Shown here in pieces: positions 23,200-35,130 of a stretch of 64,000 bases of DNA. The stretch is from assembly GCF_021028975.2 (NCBI RefSeq), contig NC_059437.1, positions 45,198,001 through 45,262,000 of the forward strand, given 5' to 3'. A program made the position numbers and the translations under genes. Each line of letters begins with the position of its first letter. The stretch's first letter is position 1. This DNA is from Sphaerodactylus townsendi. Lineage: Eukaryota. The notes under the pieces are model-generated. The model did no database searches, was not told the DNA's origin, and saw only the letters and a program-made list of their open reading frames with translations.

Positions 23200-24870
23200 T
23201 AAAACCGCAGTGTGTGTATGGGGGGGGGGGGAAGTGTTTTGGAAGGAGCCACTCGCTTGCATTGCAAGGAAATGTGGCCGTCGGGAGGGGGGGTCAGCAG
23301 AAGGGGGCCGGAGAGCGGAGTGGGAGGACAAGTCAAGCAGGAGGATAAACGGGGTGGGGTGGAGAGAAGGCAGCGACTAATAAATAAATCGCCGACGGGG
23401 GGAAGGAGGCGGTGGGCGGAGGAGGCGGAGGAGGGAAGCGCTGGTGAGACGGGGCGGCCCGGACGGGGCTCGCCTCGCCCGGAGAGGTTTTCCTCCAGCT
23501 GGGCGGGAGCGGCCCGGGGAGGGGGAAGGGCCGGCCCGGGCGGAGGGCAGTCGCGGGGAAGCGTCCCGCGCCGCTGCGCCCTCCCGCCGGGGGCCCCGCC
23601 TGCCCTCCCGCCCGCCCGCCCGCCCGCCCGCCGTGGCGCGCTGAGCTGCGGGCTGGGGCCGGCCGGGCCGGGCTGTGCTCTATGGACGAGGGCAGCCCGC
23701 TGTCGCCCAAGGCCAGCGCCTTCAGGATCGCCTCTCTCATTGCAGCCGCCGGTCAGCCGGACCGGGAGCCGCAGCAGCAGCCCGGGGGGCCCTTCGCGGC
23801 GCTGGACGCCCAGCTGAGCGCCCACGGGGGTCTGCCCAAGCCCTACAGCCCCGCCGCCCTCGCCGCCGCTGCCCGCAGGAGGATGCATTTCAGCGCCGTC
23901 ACCAGGGACATGGAAGGTAAGCCAAGGAAGCGGCCGTCGGGGAGGGAGGGAGCGAGGGAGGGCCAGCCGGGGCTGCTTTCTCCACCCCCGGGGAGCCCCG
24001 ATCCCGGGCAGGGGGCTGAGGCGTCGCCCCCGCCCCCCCTTTCTCCCAGCCCGCCGCGGTTCCTTCCCGGGCCTTCCCCACCTCTCCAAACCTGCTTGGG
24101 GGAAACGCGGGGGCCACCTTTTGCTCGGCGATCCTCAGCACGCTGCAGGCGAAAGAGAGTTCCTCAACTGGAGGAGGCCGGCTGCCAGGCAGGCGACCAG
24201 GGGGTTTTCCTTCCGAGGAGCCGGGTCCGGCGGCGGAGGGGTCAGATCCCCCGGGCAAAGGCGAGCGGGCGGCCCCGAGGCCACGTCGACGGAATTTGGA
24301 GTCACTCGCCTGTCCTAGGACGGTTTCCGTAGCTTCCCAGCAAAGCGCCACTCCGTTTGGCCTCCGGGGCGCCTGGGCCAGCGGGGCCCGGAAGGCTCTC
24401 CCGAAACCGCAGCCGCTCCACGCGATCCTTGTGCCGCGGCCGGGTCGCCATCAGTCACCGAGGTGGCCCAGAGAGAGGCACGGAGGATGACAGCGCAGCA
24501 AGAACCGCGTTTGGGGAGCGGGAGGAAGCGGAGCCTTCTCCGCCGAGACAGCCGGGCGAGGCACGATCCAGCACTCAGTTAAGCCCTCCTAGGCACGCTG
24601 ACGGGGGAGTCAACCCCCTGGAAGAAAGCGAGGCTTACTTCCGAGGAAACACACCTAGTGGTGGCTGCACAGCCGGGCCGTGTGAACGCCACCGATGTGC
24701 GCAGGAGCTTGAATGCGCTCGGGCGAGATGAACGGAACTCGAGATGGTTAGTTTCAGTTTGGGTTGGGGAGCGCCACCCCGGACCCCGAATCCGCCCCGG
24801 TGCGCGTTTCCTCTCTGCGCTCCGTGCGCAAAGCCCTCCGCTCCAGGGCACCAAAGCATGGGGGGAGCGC
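23200..24870. promoter_or_regulatory. CpG island / distal TBX1 promoter around the upstream exon
   Basis: Very GC- and CpG-rich with multiple GC boxes (ccgccc arrays at 23580-23635) directly ahead of ATG 23682. Confidence 0.75.
23682..23916 (+). CDS. TBX1: TBX1 alternative upstream coding exon (MDEGSPLSPKASAFRIASLI...MHFSAVTRDME)
   Basis: ATG at 23682 is open and in frame with ATG 23883 (MHFSAVTRDME, matching the human TBX1 start MHFSTVTRDME). Ends GAAG|GTAAGC (donor 23917, phase 1), compatible with acceptor AG 27438-27439 (G+CC=Ala, then FAANSLSSL). Confidence 0.85.
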
Positions 24871-25282
24871 AAGGTTGCCTACAGTTAAGTTAGAATAAAA
24901 GGATAGCCTTGCATTATAGAATAGTTCAGAGCGAAAAATGATCGTGTGCTTGTAAGCTCCTAACCTTACTTCGGAGTTAGTTCTATTTTAGGGCGCGTTG
25001 TAAAGTGGATTTTAAAACAGTTAAGGATGCAGGACCGGATATCTGCTACATGTATATCGGAATTTCACCCGTCTCAACTTGCTTCTAACCGCATCTGGGG
25101 TTAAATCAAAGTTCTGGGGGTGAAATTGACAGGTCAGGGTATTTGAGTCACCTAAGAGTAATCATATAGAGAGGCAATTATGTATGGTATAATGTCATGA
25201 ATAGTAAAATTCTGTAGGTAACCTCTCAGGTTGAGGCGAGTGATGGAAGAGCGCATTAAATACAGTCACATTGTCATTCCCA

Positions 25283-25440
25283 GGCCCCTTCCGCACGCGC
25301 AGAATAATGCACTTTCAATCCACTTTGCCGGCAGGTCCACTTTGCAGCTGGATTTTACTGTACGGAATAGCAAGATCCACTTGCAAACAATTGTGAAAGT
25401 GGACTGAAAGTGCATTATTCTGCATGTGCGGAAGGGGTCC
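25283..25440. mobile_element. MITE family A
   Basis: TIR match. Confidence 0.82.
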
Positions 25441-25608
25441 TAGGTTTTGGACAGACAAGGAGGCCTCTTCCCAGATGCGAGAACGCCAAGGGAATAAGAG
25501 GCAAAGTAGAATAAGACCAAATCGGCTGGATGTCTTTCGGAGGGAATCCCATTCACTTCTACTGGTCTCCAAGAAGAGACCTCGAAGCTGCGCAGGTTGC
25601 CAAACTTA

Positions 25609-25726
25609 GGCAGATTCCTCATGGGCAAAAAACGGCAGTGTGAAAACGGTGTAAACTCTTTTACATCATTTTAAACCCTTTTACACTGTTTTCACACTGC
25701 TGTTTTTGGCCCATGAGGAATCAGCC
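25609..25726. mobile_element. MITE family B
   Basis: TIR match to the 18762 copy. Confidence 0.8.
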
Positions 25727-27378
25727 TATTAGAGAAGGCTCCCTGCTCGGCTGCCCACGTTTGCAAGCAACTCAGGGCACTGTTCAGAGGGTACATTTTT
25801 AAAATAACAGGCAGCGTTCATTTCCATTGCCTTTTTTTTTTTGGCTTTGTTTTAATTCGGGGGAAAGGTAGGAAAGACCGGGCGCGTATTTCTAGCGCCC
25901 CTGCCCCGTGGAATCCACCAGATTCCTCCCCAGAGAAGCGTGCCATAGCGATAGAAGCTTAAGGGGTTTCATTGCTCAGAGCTCCGCAGCAGAAACACAC
26001 GCAACCCGTTGGGATCCCGACGGATCTCGGGAAAGAGGATCGCGCCCAGCCCAACCGGTCCGTGTCCAAATTCGAAGAAGGCCGGCCCGGGAGTCGTTTG
26101 CTCCAGCCAGGCTGACAAAGGGAAGCTCTTCGCGTTCCTCCCTGGCCAGTGGATCTGGGCAAAGGGAACTCGCGCAGGATCCGGCCTTTCGGGGAAAACG
26201 GACTACCCCCCCACCCCCGCGTGCTGAGGATCGCCGGCAAAGATCGCCCCGGACCCGGACTGTCCGCAGCGCCAAGCCCGGCGGATGGCTCCCCCAGCGC
26301 CAGTCGTTTCGGGTCTGCTGGGTCCTCCGGCGCTCGCAAGGTCCGCCGAGCAACTGGGAAGTGGGCCCGATTCAAGGGGCCGGGAGTGCGGCACCTTTCC
26401 AGTGCCCGCCGGACTCCTCCGAAGAAGGGTCGCGTCTCCCGGGAGCGGCTTAAGAGCGCTGGGGATCGGAGCTCTCCCGGGCGGGATCCGGTACAGTTGG
26501 ATCCCGGATCCGGACAGAGGAGAAAGCGGAGGTGGGGGAAGAGGGGGAGAGCGCGACAGAGGCGCCCGGCCGAGCTGTGCCTCTTCCTTCTCGGAGGGGG
26601 GGGGAGGGGGCGAGTGCGAGTCCAGGAAAGGCCTGGGCTGGACACGGGGGCGGGGGGAGGACCTCCCGCCAATCATTCCTGCTCGGCTTCTTCCGCGGGG
26701 CCAGCCGAGGCCGGCGTGCTCGACTTCCCTGTTGCCGGAGCGCCGCGGAGGGAAGCGGCGGGCGGGCGGCCCAAAGGAGCCGCGCCAGGAGGCAGCAGCC
26801 CGGCCCGCGCCCCTCACGGCTTCCCGACGGGGAGGGCGGGGCCAGAAAGCGCCCCCGCTGGGCCGGGCCTGCCGCGCGCGCGCGCTCCAGAAGGAGGAGG
26901 CTGACAGACAGACAGACAGACAGGCGGGGGAGCCGGAGAGGCGAGGCTGGCGCTGGAGCGCGCGCGGAGAGGAAGGCGAGGCTGAGGAGGGCGCGCCGCC
27001 TGAGAGGGCTCCAGGCGCCTGCAGCGGGCGGGGGGGAGCGAGCGGAGCTAGGATCCCGCCTGAGCGCCAAAGACCCCCCGCGCGCCCCCTCCTCCCCGTC
27101 TGGGCGCGCGCCCGCTGCTTGGGCCGGGCTTGCAGGAGGGAGGGCAGCGCCCGGGGTTGCGGCGCAGGCGCGCTCCCCGCGGAGAGCCCCCTCCCTCCCT
27201 CCTTCCCCGCCCGCCCGCCCGCCTGCCTGCCCGCCTGGCTGCCTGTGGGCGCCCTTGTGGTGCGCGAGGAGGCGCGGGGGGCTATAAGTGTCTGCGGGCC
27301 GGCGGGGTTCGGGCGCAGAGCTGCCGGCGGGCGGGCGGGCGCCGGGGCGGGCAGGGCAGGGCAGGGCAGGAGCCGGGC

Positions 27379-27884
27379 ATGATTTCGGCCATCTCGAGCC
27401 CGTGGCTGACGCAGCTCTCGCACTTCTGCGACGTCGCAGCCTTCGCGGCCAACAGCCTGAGCAGCCTCAACGCCTCGGCCGCCTACCCGCACCTGGCGCC
27501 CCCCTCGCCCGCCCAGCCCGCCGCCGCCGCCGCCTACGGCCACCATGAGCCCCCCCAGCCGCAGCCCCACTACGAGCCCTGCGCCGCCCAGCAGCAGCAG
27601 CACCAGCAGGCGCACCAGCAGCAGCAGCAGCAGCAGCAGCCTCCTTCGCAGCAGCAGCAGCAGCACGGCTACCCCTTCGCCGGCTCCGGCTCCAACCCTC
27701 CTCCGGCGCCCGGCTCCGAGACCCCCGAAGGGGCGGGGGGCGGCAGCTCGGCGCCTTCTTCGGCCAAGGCGGCGGTGAAGAAGAACGCCAAGGTGGCCAA
27801 CGTGAGCGTGCAGCTGGAGATGAAGGCGCTCTGGGACGAGTTCAACCAGCTGGGCACCGAGATGATCGTCACCAAGGCCGGCAG
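27379..27884 (+). CDS. TBX1: TBX1 main first coding exon ([19 protein letters not shown]...[28 protein letters not shown]); alternative internal entry at 27440
   Basis: TBX1-type N-terminus followed by the start of the T-box; donor AG|GTCAGT at 27885, phase 2. Confidence 0.97.
27589..27666 (+). repeat. Interrupted CAG repeat encoding a polyQ/H tract in TBX1
   Basis: [26 protein letters not shown]; every Gln codon is CAG. Confidence 0.95.
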
Positions 27885-28842
27885 GTCAGTCTGAGCGCCC
27901 GGCACCCCCTCCCCTCCCCCCCCACCCCCAAAGCTCCACTCCCTGGGGGGTGAGGGCTAGAGAGAGGGCCTTTGCCAGGGGCCACTGGGCCGGATTGGGC
28001 CCCTGAAGGACTGGGAGGCAGATCTCTCCTAAGCCGGTCTGCTCAGAATCCCCCCCCCCCCCGCCGTCTCCACGGCCAGCCAGAGGCCCTCCCCAGCCTG
28101 GCCCCGGGAGGCTTCCGCAGGACCCCCCTCGACAGGCCACCCGGGGCTCCCCGAAGGCCGCTCGCGCCTCCACTGCACGGTCAGTCCCGAGCAGGGGGGG
28201 AACAAAACGGGGAAATTAACAGCAGCAGCAAAACCGTCTTGGGCCCCGTCGGGGGTGGGGGGTGGGGGGCTTGGAGGCCTCCGGTCCCCGCAGCCACCTT
28301 GCGCTGGAGAGGCCGGCTGGAGGGTTCCGGGCGCCCCGAGAGTGGGCTTCTTCGCGCCCCCGTTCTGTCGGCCCTTCTTTCTGGGCGCCAGAGGCTGTGC
28401 CTCGCCGCCTCCCCACCCGTCGCTCCCCCGAGTGGGTTTCTGGGTTTCCTCCTGTCCGGGGCTGAGGTTGTTGTAAACCCCACGGGTTGGGGGGGGGGGG
28501 AGAATCAGGGAAAATCACGCCCCGCGCTTGAAAATCAGGCAAAGCAAAGCAGACCCTTTCCCAGCCCTGTCGTGCGTTTTCTGGGACCACCGGCATGCAA
28601 CCCCCCCCCCATGTCCTTTGGGTCCTTTTCTGGCGGGCCTGCTGCCTGCCGGTCCGGATCCCCGCGGCGCTTCCTCCCCTCGCTTAGGGCCAGCGCTTTC
28701 GAGCCAGGCCGGCTGCTTTCGCTGGGAGGCTGCGGGCTTGAAGCTTTCTGGGCCTGGACAGGAGTCCCACCTATGCTTTCGGCTTAACGGGGAGGGGGAT
28801 GGAAGCTCAGCTGAACCGAGATGTCGAAGCCCCCTGAAAGAA

Positions 28843-28980
28843 CCTCCTTCCGCACATGCAGAATAATGCACTTTGAATCCACTTTCCATGCACTTTTACT
28901 GTGCGGTTTTACTGTGCGGAATAGCACGATCCACTTGCGAAAGTAATGGCAGTGCGGTATCCTGCATGTCGCAAGGGGCC
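28843..28980. mobile_element. MITE family A (diverged)
   Basis: TIR match. Confidence 0.75.
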
Positions 28981-31079
28981 TGGCTGGTGGGGCCTTCGGA
29001 TCCGTGTCCAGATTACTGGGGTGGGGGGAGGAATTCGGATTTCCCCGTCAGGTAGGGGGGTCGAACCAATCCCAACCGTCTGTTCCCCGGGGGTTATTCT
29101 TCGCGCTCTCCAGTGGGCCGCTGGTTGTCCGGTCCTCTCCCCCCCCCTCGCCTATTTGCCTGGGGGGGGGCTTTATTAGTGGAGCTATTAATAATTAATC
29201 GATACAGAAGCGTCTCAATCAACGCTTCTCCAAAAGGATCAGCTTCACCCTCGATTCGTGGTTCTCCTTTGATGGGGGGGGGGGGGATCAAACCCACAGA
29301 CTGTTCGACTCCCCGCACAGCGCCAAAGTTGCCGAGTTCCTTTGTTTGTGGTTTTAAAACCCTCTTTCCTAAATTAAGACCACGTTGAATAAAGTCGGTG
29401 CACACGAGACGTTTCCTAGAAATTACGGCGGGGAAACCAGGAAAGTTCAAGCTAGGCGTGAATTACGGTTGTTAACATGACGGCGGCGGCGATAAATTAC
29501 AAACTGGAAACCAGTTCGAAGAGGGAGTGCGTGTGTGTGTGTAAATCCTCCTCAGCCTTCAAAAAAGAGAGGTTCCTCTCCTCTCACCACTCCCCCTACA
29601 CTCGATCTGCATTTTTAAAAAATTCCCCTCTTCCCCTACTATGTCGGTCCCCCACCCCATTTTCCCGAAAGCCCCGTCCTTAAACCGGTTTGCGCTTCGT
29701 GTAAATGACCTGTAAATCACTCATTCCGGGGCGCGTGCATTTTTTTCCCCCCTGAGGTCTTTTGGCTGGGGGCCTCGGTGGTCTCCTGAATGCAATAAAA
29801 GACACCAGCTAGGACCCCTCCTAAACACACAAACACGAACCACACACACCACTTTCTCGTGGAACTAGCAATCGCAAATCCCCTTTTGTCTTTTCACTTG
29901 ACTGTTGCAAAGCGTTGGAACTTATTTCCTTGGGAACTGATTTCCCAGTAAACATTCCTGAGATCTGCGAATCGGGCGGAATAACTGGCTAGCGCGGTGG
30001 TTTGCCCTAGAAAGGTCTCCAAGACGTCGACTTTGCGAAGGGGAAAGCTTCAAATCCCTCCAATTTAGGCTGTTTCTCGGCAGACCCTAGGATTTGGGCC
30101 TCCGTTCCCTTAACCTGGTCCTCTTCTAATATCGCCCTTCTCCATTCCGCCCTGGATTCCGTGCAGCACGTTTATAACAAGTTGCAATCGTTATAAATGA
30201 ACTCTTCCCCCCCCCCCCCCCCAGTCCGCTTTCAAGTTTGGACTTGGCCCGGTTCGGACTTAAAGTTTGCCGTCTTGTAAAATGTGGTTTCCCCAAACCG
30301 TTTTGTGCTTTCACTCTTTCCCGCGGTGCCAGGCAGTAAATTAGGATTTCTGTTCCCGCTGGCCCTTGTGAAATATATATATCCTGTAAAGAATGAAATC
30401 GAATTCCCTTCGGGGAAAGCTGGAAACGTTTTTATAGGCCTGTTTTCGAGGAATATAGGAAGATCCCCCGCCCTCAAATTTTCACAATAATCTGCTTTTA
30501 GTCATCTGTGTTTATTTGAGGACAAGCTCTGCGTTTTGTGTGTATGTGGGGGGGTGTGCTTTTTATTCTTGGGGGAGGGAAGAAATAGCCAGACCTTATT
30601 CAGAAGGCAAATGTTTACGCTGGTGGGGAAAAAAAAGGGGGGGGGAGTATTTTATCTCCAACTGGGAAGTGAGACTTTCACTGCTCGTGGTGGGTTTTCC
30701 GGGCTGAGTCTTTCCCCTTTTCTAGTTAATACCCCTCACGGCAGAATAAATCCTCTCATTCTTCCGGCACAGAGTTTTTAAAATGTAAAACTGTTTTTAG
30801 CTTGCAAAAAAATGTATTTAAAAAAACGGGCGCGTGCTCTTTGTGTCTGCACCAGACTGTAAATCTGTGCTTTTAAACCTTGCGATTTGCCCCGGCGCAA
30901 AGCAGAATTTTTGTTTGTTTCTTTTTAACCGAGAGAAACAATCAATGATTGCCATCCTTCTGCACGGATTTTCCTTCTAATATCAAGACGATCCCATAAT
31001 ATTTTTTCCCCTTGGTGGCTTCCTGACTGTTACGCGGTACCAAGGGAAATGCCATCAAACCTTATTCCCGATGAACCTA

Positions 31080-31220
31080 GGCCCCTTCCGCACACGCAAA
31101 ATAATGTGTTTTCAAACCACTTTCACAACTGTTTGCAAGTGGGTTTTGCTGTTCCGCACAGCTTCAAAGAGCACTGAAAGTAGTTTGAAAGTGCATTATT
31201 CTGCGTGTGCGGAATGAGCC
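31080..31220. mobile_element. MITE family A, young subfamily (opposite orientation to 10261)
   Basis: 141 bp, CTA TSD. Confidence 0.87.
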
Positions 31221-33492
31221 CTAGATAAAACCAATGAACCTTATCGGTACCAAAGACTTCCAGAGGGCTTAAAACTTTCGTGGATCGGATCGCGGGCAGG
31301 GCGCACGGCTGAGTTGTGGCTGGGTGTGGTTTCTTAGCACTGGGCATTGCAAATTCTTAGGTTCTAAATTCTCCACGTGGGCTGGTTCCCCAAAGCTTTG
31401 GATATGACTGGTTCTGGTGGGTTTTCCGGGCTTTGGATATGACCTTGGGAAATAACGCCCCCCCCCCCCCCACCAGCCAAATGCGGATAAACTATTGTGC
31501 TCTGCTGGTATTTTCGAGGCAGTTTATCCCGGATGGTCTGACGCGAAATATTGACTGTAGATCCGTGATCCACCCGTTTGCACACAGCTGGCTTTTAGTG
31601 CATAAAGATTCGCAAACTGGGGCATAATGTTATCTTCGCCGGGCGCACCTCTGCAGGCGTACTAAATGCAGGCACACCTTTTTGGACGGGGGGGGGGCAT
31701 GCCATGCAGCCCTAAATTCGCCATTTAAAAAGTCCCCGTTAGTGTCCCCGGGCCGTCCTGCCGCGCAGTCCTGCAGGGTGTTCTGCCGTTGCTTTGGAAT
31801 AACTGCGCACCAGATCGAGCCTGGCGCTTGGTCAAAATCGAGGCCGTGCTTTTTGCTTTTTGCGATCCACCGGGCAGACTTCCCCTCCGGCAGGCCTTGA
31901 TTTGGGACGGACTTTTGCAAACCCACCAAACCCGCTACTACGCGGAGCGCTGAGCTTCGCCTCTCTCCCCGATGGCCGCATTCCGGGGGTTGCAAAACCC
32001 CAGCCCGGTGCGTGGGGATCTTTACTCTTCGTTTGCGGTGCCGTGCAAAGTGGAGTCTTGGGAGAGGATACTCCTTTTCTCCCCTATGAATTTTTTGGGA
32101 GGGGGAGGAACTGAGCCGAACTTCTTCAACTGCGAGACCTTCGACATGAGCTCACAGCAAACAGGGAGGCTTCAATGTCTGGCCTTATTGGAGGCCTCTA
32201 TTTGCGCCAGGAACTCGCTCGGTGCGGAGGAAAAGTTTTTCCTGTTGCTTTCTGATCCTGGACAGACCTGATCTCAGCCGTATTTACCTGGCGGATAAAC
32301 CCTCCTGTATGGAATGGGGTTCCACACTCACGATCGCAGCTTTGCAAGCCGGGTGGGGGAGGGGGGGAAAGGCAAATCGAAAGGATCGTTTCTCGGCCTC
32401 CCGGAGATAAAGTCCTGGTGAAACAAGAGAGCAGCCATTTCTGCCTTCCCGAGTTAGAGGGGAGGGCAACGCGACAGTCACAGTAACAGGCGGGTGGGCA
32501 TATTATTCCTGGGGGCGGCGGGGGGGGGGGATGAGTCTGTGATTGTAGCAGCCGCTCCAGTCTGCTGCAGCAAAACTGGGTGTGGGAAGGGGGGTTATTT
32601 GGGTCCCCCAGAAAGTAGCCGAAGTTTGCGTGGGCCAGATCTGCTATTGTTTGCGTGGGCCAGATCTGCTATCCAGTGCCAGATCTGCTATTGTTTATTC
32701 TGGACCCTGGCAGGGCTGGAAACTCACAGGGGGAGAAATGTCAAGCACTAGGCATTTAACAACAAAAACTTTCCAGATTTATTTTGGACTGATTTTCTTA
32801 GGGGGAGTCCCTAAGGACTCTTCCACCCTCTTTGTGTTGGGGGAGGGGAGGTTGGATTGGAAGCTCCGTTTTGGTTTAGACCCCGCTTCCCAATCTAATG
32901 CACTGACCACGAAGCCCACGACCATAAGTGTATTTTTTTTAAGTTCAGAAGATGTCCCGGGGAAGATTTCGAGTAAACCTGCTTTCAGACAGAGGCAGCC
33001 AAATGCAATCCGGCCGGGTCCTGCATTGTGAATCGAATCCTAGAGCAACCTTTGGGGTGCCTTTTGGGGAGAAACAGTGGGCTATGCATCCTAAAACATA
33101 AATGCACAAAAATTATTATTCACAAAGCACTTAAGCAAGGTGATGATAATGAGGACTGTTGGGACTGAGCTAAAAATAGTGGATTAGATGTATCCTCGAG
33201 GGTTAAACTTCTCAATACAGAGGGGCATGGGCAAACACACACACACACACACACACACTTTCTCTGTCTCTCTCTTACACACACACACAGAGTGGTGTTC
33301 TGGTGCAGAGCGAGGAAGCATTAGAGGTCATGGAACACCCTGCTGAGAACAGCTGCCTGCTAAAGCCAGGCCAAGCTTTCCTTGGCCTTCCAAAGCGGGC
33401 ACTTACCAGTCTTCTACTTTTTTGGGGGAGGGGGAGCTTCTCTTTCTGGTCTCTGAGCGGCTCAGCTTCCCCTGAACAGGGCGCATCTCTTG

Positions 33493-33643
33493 GGCCCTTT
33501 CTGCACGTGTGGAATAATGCACTTTCAATCCACTTTCACAATAGTTTGCAAGTGGATTGTGCTATTCTGCACAGTAAAATCCAGCTGCAAAGTGCATTGA
33601 AAGTGAATCGAAAGTGCATTATTCTGCATGTGCGGAAGGGGCC
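33493..33643. mobile_element. MITE family A
   Basis: TIR match. Confidence 0.82.
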
Positions 33644-35009
33644 TTAGGCAAACCAGCCCCAGATGCAGCTTCAGGTCAGGGAACAACAATCCGGGCAGCT
33701 GCAGACTCTGGAAGAACCCTCGCCTGGAAATCTAGGGGAAAAGCTCACAGCCAATAGCCCAGTGACCCCCATAATAACATTTTTTTTAAATGCCACAATC
33801 CACCTAATGCGCATCTACTTGAGCCCCAGAGTGGAGGAGAGGGATGTTGGCGAGAAAAAGCCTTTCAAACTGAGACCTGAAACATCTTGTTCTTCCCCCA
33901 CTTATCTTTAAATATATATTATTCTTTAACACCCAGTTCTGGAGCGCTTGAAAGTTCGCGAAAGGTGGGGATTGTGGTTTGGGTTTTTGTGCTTGTTCTG
34001 GGCCCTCTGATAACCTTGTTTGGCCATTACGACAGCCTCTTGCAGGCAAGCAAAGTTTCTTTCTGCCCCCTCCCCCCAGCCTGCTTCTCGGCAGTCATTC
34101 CCAGTGGTTACAGTGGGTACTTGTCCTTAGATTTCCTCTCATACACACCTGCTGCGCCAAGGTCTTTACAGCACGATCCTAAAGGAGCCACCTCCTTCTA
34201 AGCCGACTCACCCCAGTGGATTTAAAGTGTGACTGACTCCATTTGGGGTTTTGAGCCTGGACAGCAAATGTTTATTTGTTCTATTTATGTTCTTTGCACT
34301 CCACCTTTCTTCCCAAAACTCAAGGCGGATTACAGAGTGGAAAGTGGTTTCCGCACAGCATATTTATAACGAGTTATAAATGTATAAATCCAATCCACGG
34401 GATGGGACACCCGAGGAACAGTGCAAAGAAATCTGAAAGCAGGCAGAATTCTACAAGAGGACTGAAACAAGGCGTAAGCATTTGGCCATGACATGTTATG
34501 TGGTGTAGAAGCTACGCTTGCAGAGGGCAGCGCAGTCCTGTAAACCACAGTCCTCAATGGGGGTCCTTTTTTGGGGACAGGCGGGTTGCTCCCAAACTGG
34601 GAAGCTGCCCTCTTATTTTGAGTGGTGACCTGGTGGACAATGTCTGAAATGCCTGGAGCCCAGGCTGGGTTTATATCCACAGCGAACCCAATGGCCACCA
34701 CTTGTGTCCACTAGAGTTTGCATGTTACACTGGTGTCTCTTGACAAAAAGCACACTACACAAAAAGGGAGAGGTGGTGGATCGGGCCCTTCGTGACATAC
34801 ACTAATTTCATACACGCAAGGAAGCTTTGGTGGTTCTGATGCCCAGCTGCAGCAGACGTGGCACAGCCCAGGAAAAGCTTTCAGCTCCCTACGCTGCCCT
34901 GGCTGAAGTGACCCAGCGATTCCGCCGCTGGAGAAGTGACTGGCGAAAGCCACGACTTTCTCCCTGGCTGGTTAAGGAGCAACTCCAAAGTGCTTCTCAG
35001 CCTCCCACT

Positions 35010-35130
35010 CATAATGCACTTTCAATCTACTTTCAATGCACTTTGCAGCTGTGCGGAATAACAAAATCCACTTGCAAACAATTGTGAAAGTGGATTGAAA
35101 GTGCCTTATTCTGCATGTGCGGAAGGGGCC
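35010..35130. mobile_element. MITE family A, left end truncated
   Basis: Right TIR intact. Confidence 0.78.

Larger units (their letters stand above)
25870..28800. promoter_or_regulatory. CpG island / proximal TBX1 promoter
   Basis: CpG-dense with GC boxes, CCAAT near 26669 and TATA-like TATAAG at 27283-27288, about 95 bp before ATG 27379. Confidence 0.8.

Noticed and set aside
23917-24332. Read-through of the upstream exon ORF to 216 aa
   Set aside because: Strong donor AG|GTAAGC at 23917 exactly where TBX1 similarity ends; the remainder is intronic GC-rich sequence.
27130-27378. 83-aa N-terminal extension in the ORF-track call 27130-27894
   Set aside because: Starts at TTG, spans the TATA-like box and promoter, and has no recognisable homology; the real start is ATG 27379.
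26203-27666. 487-aa antisense ORF and other long ORFs across the CpG islands (23199-24089, 26285-27382, 27972-28787)
   Set aside because: Low-complexity Arg/Gly/Pro/Ala translations expected from stop-poor GC-rich DNA; the poly-Leu start is just the antisense of the CAG tract.
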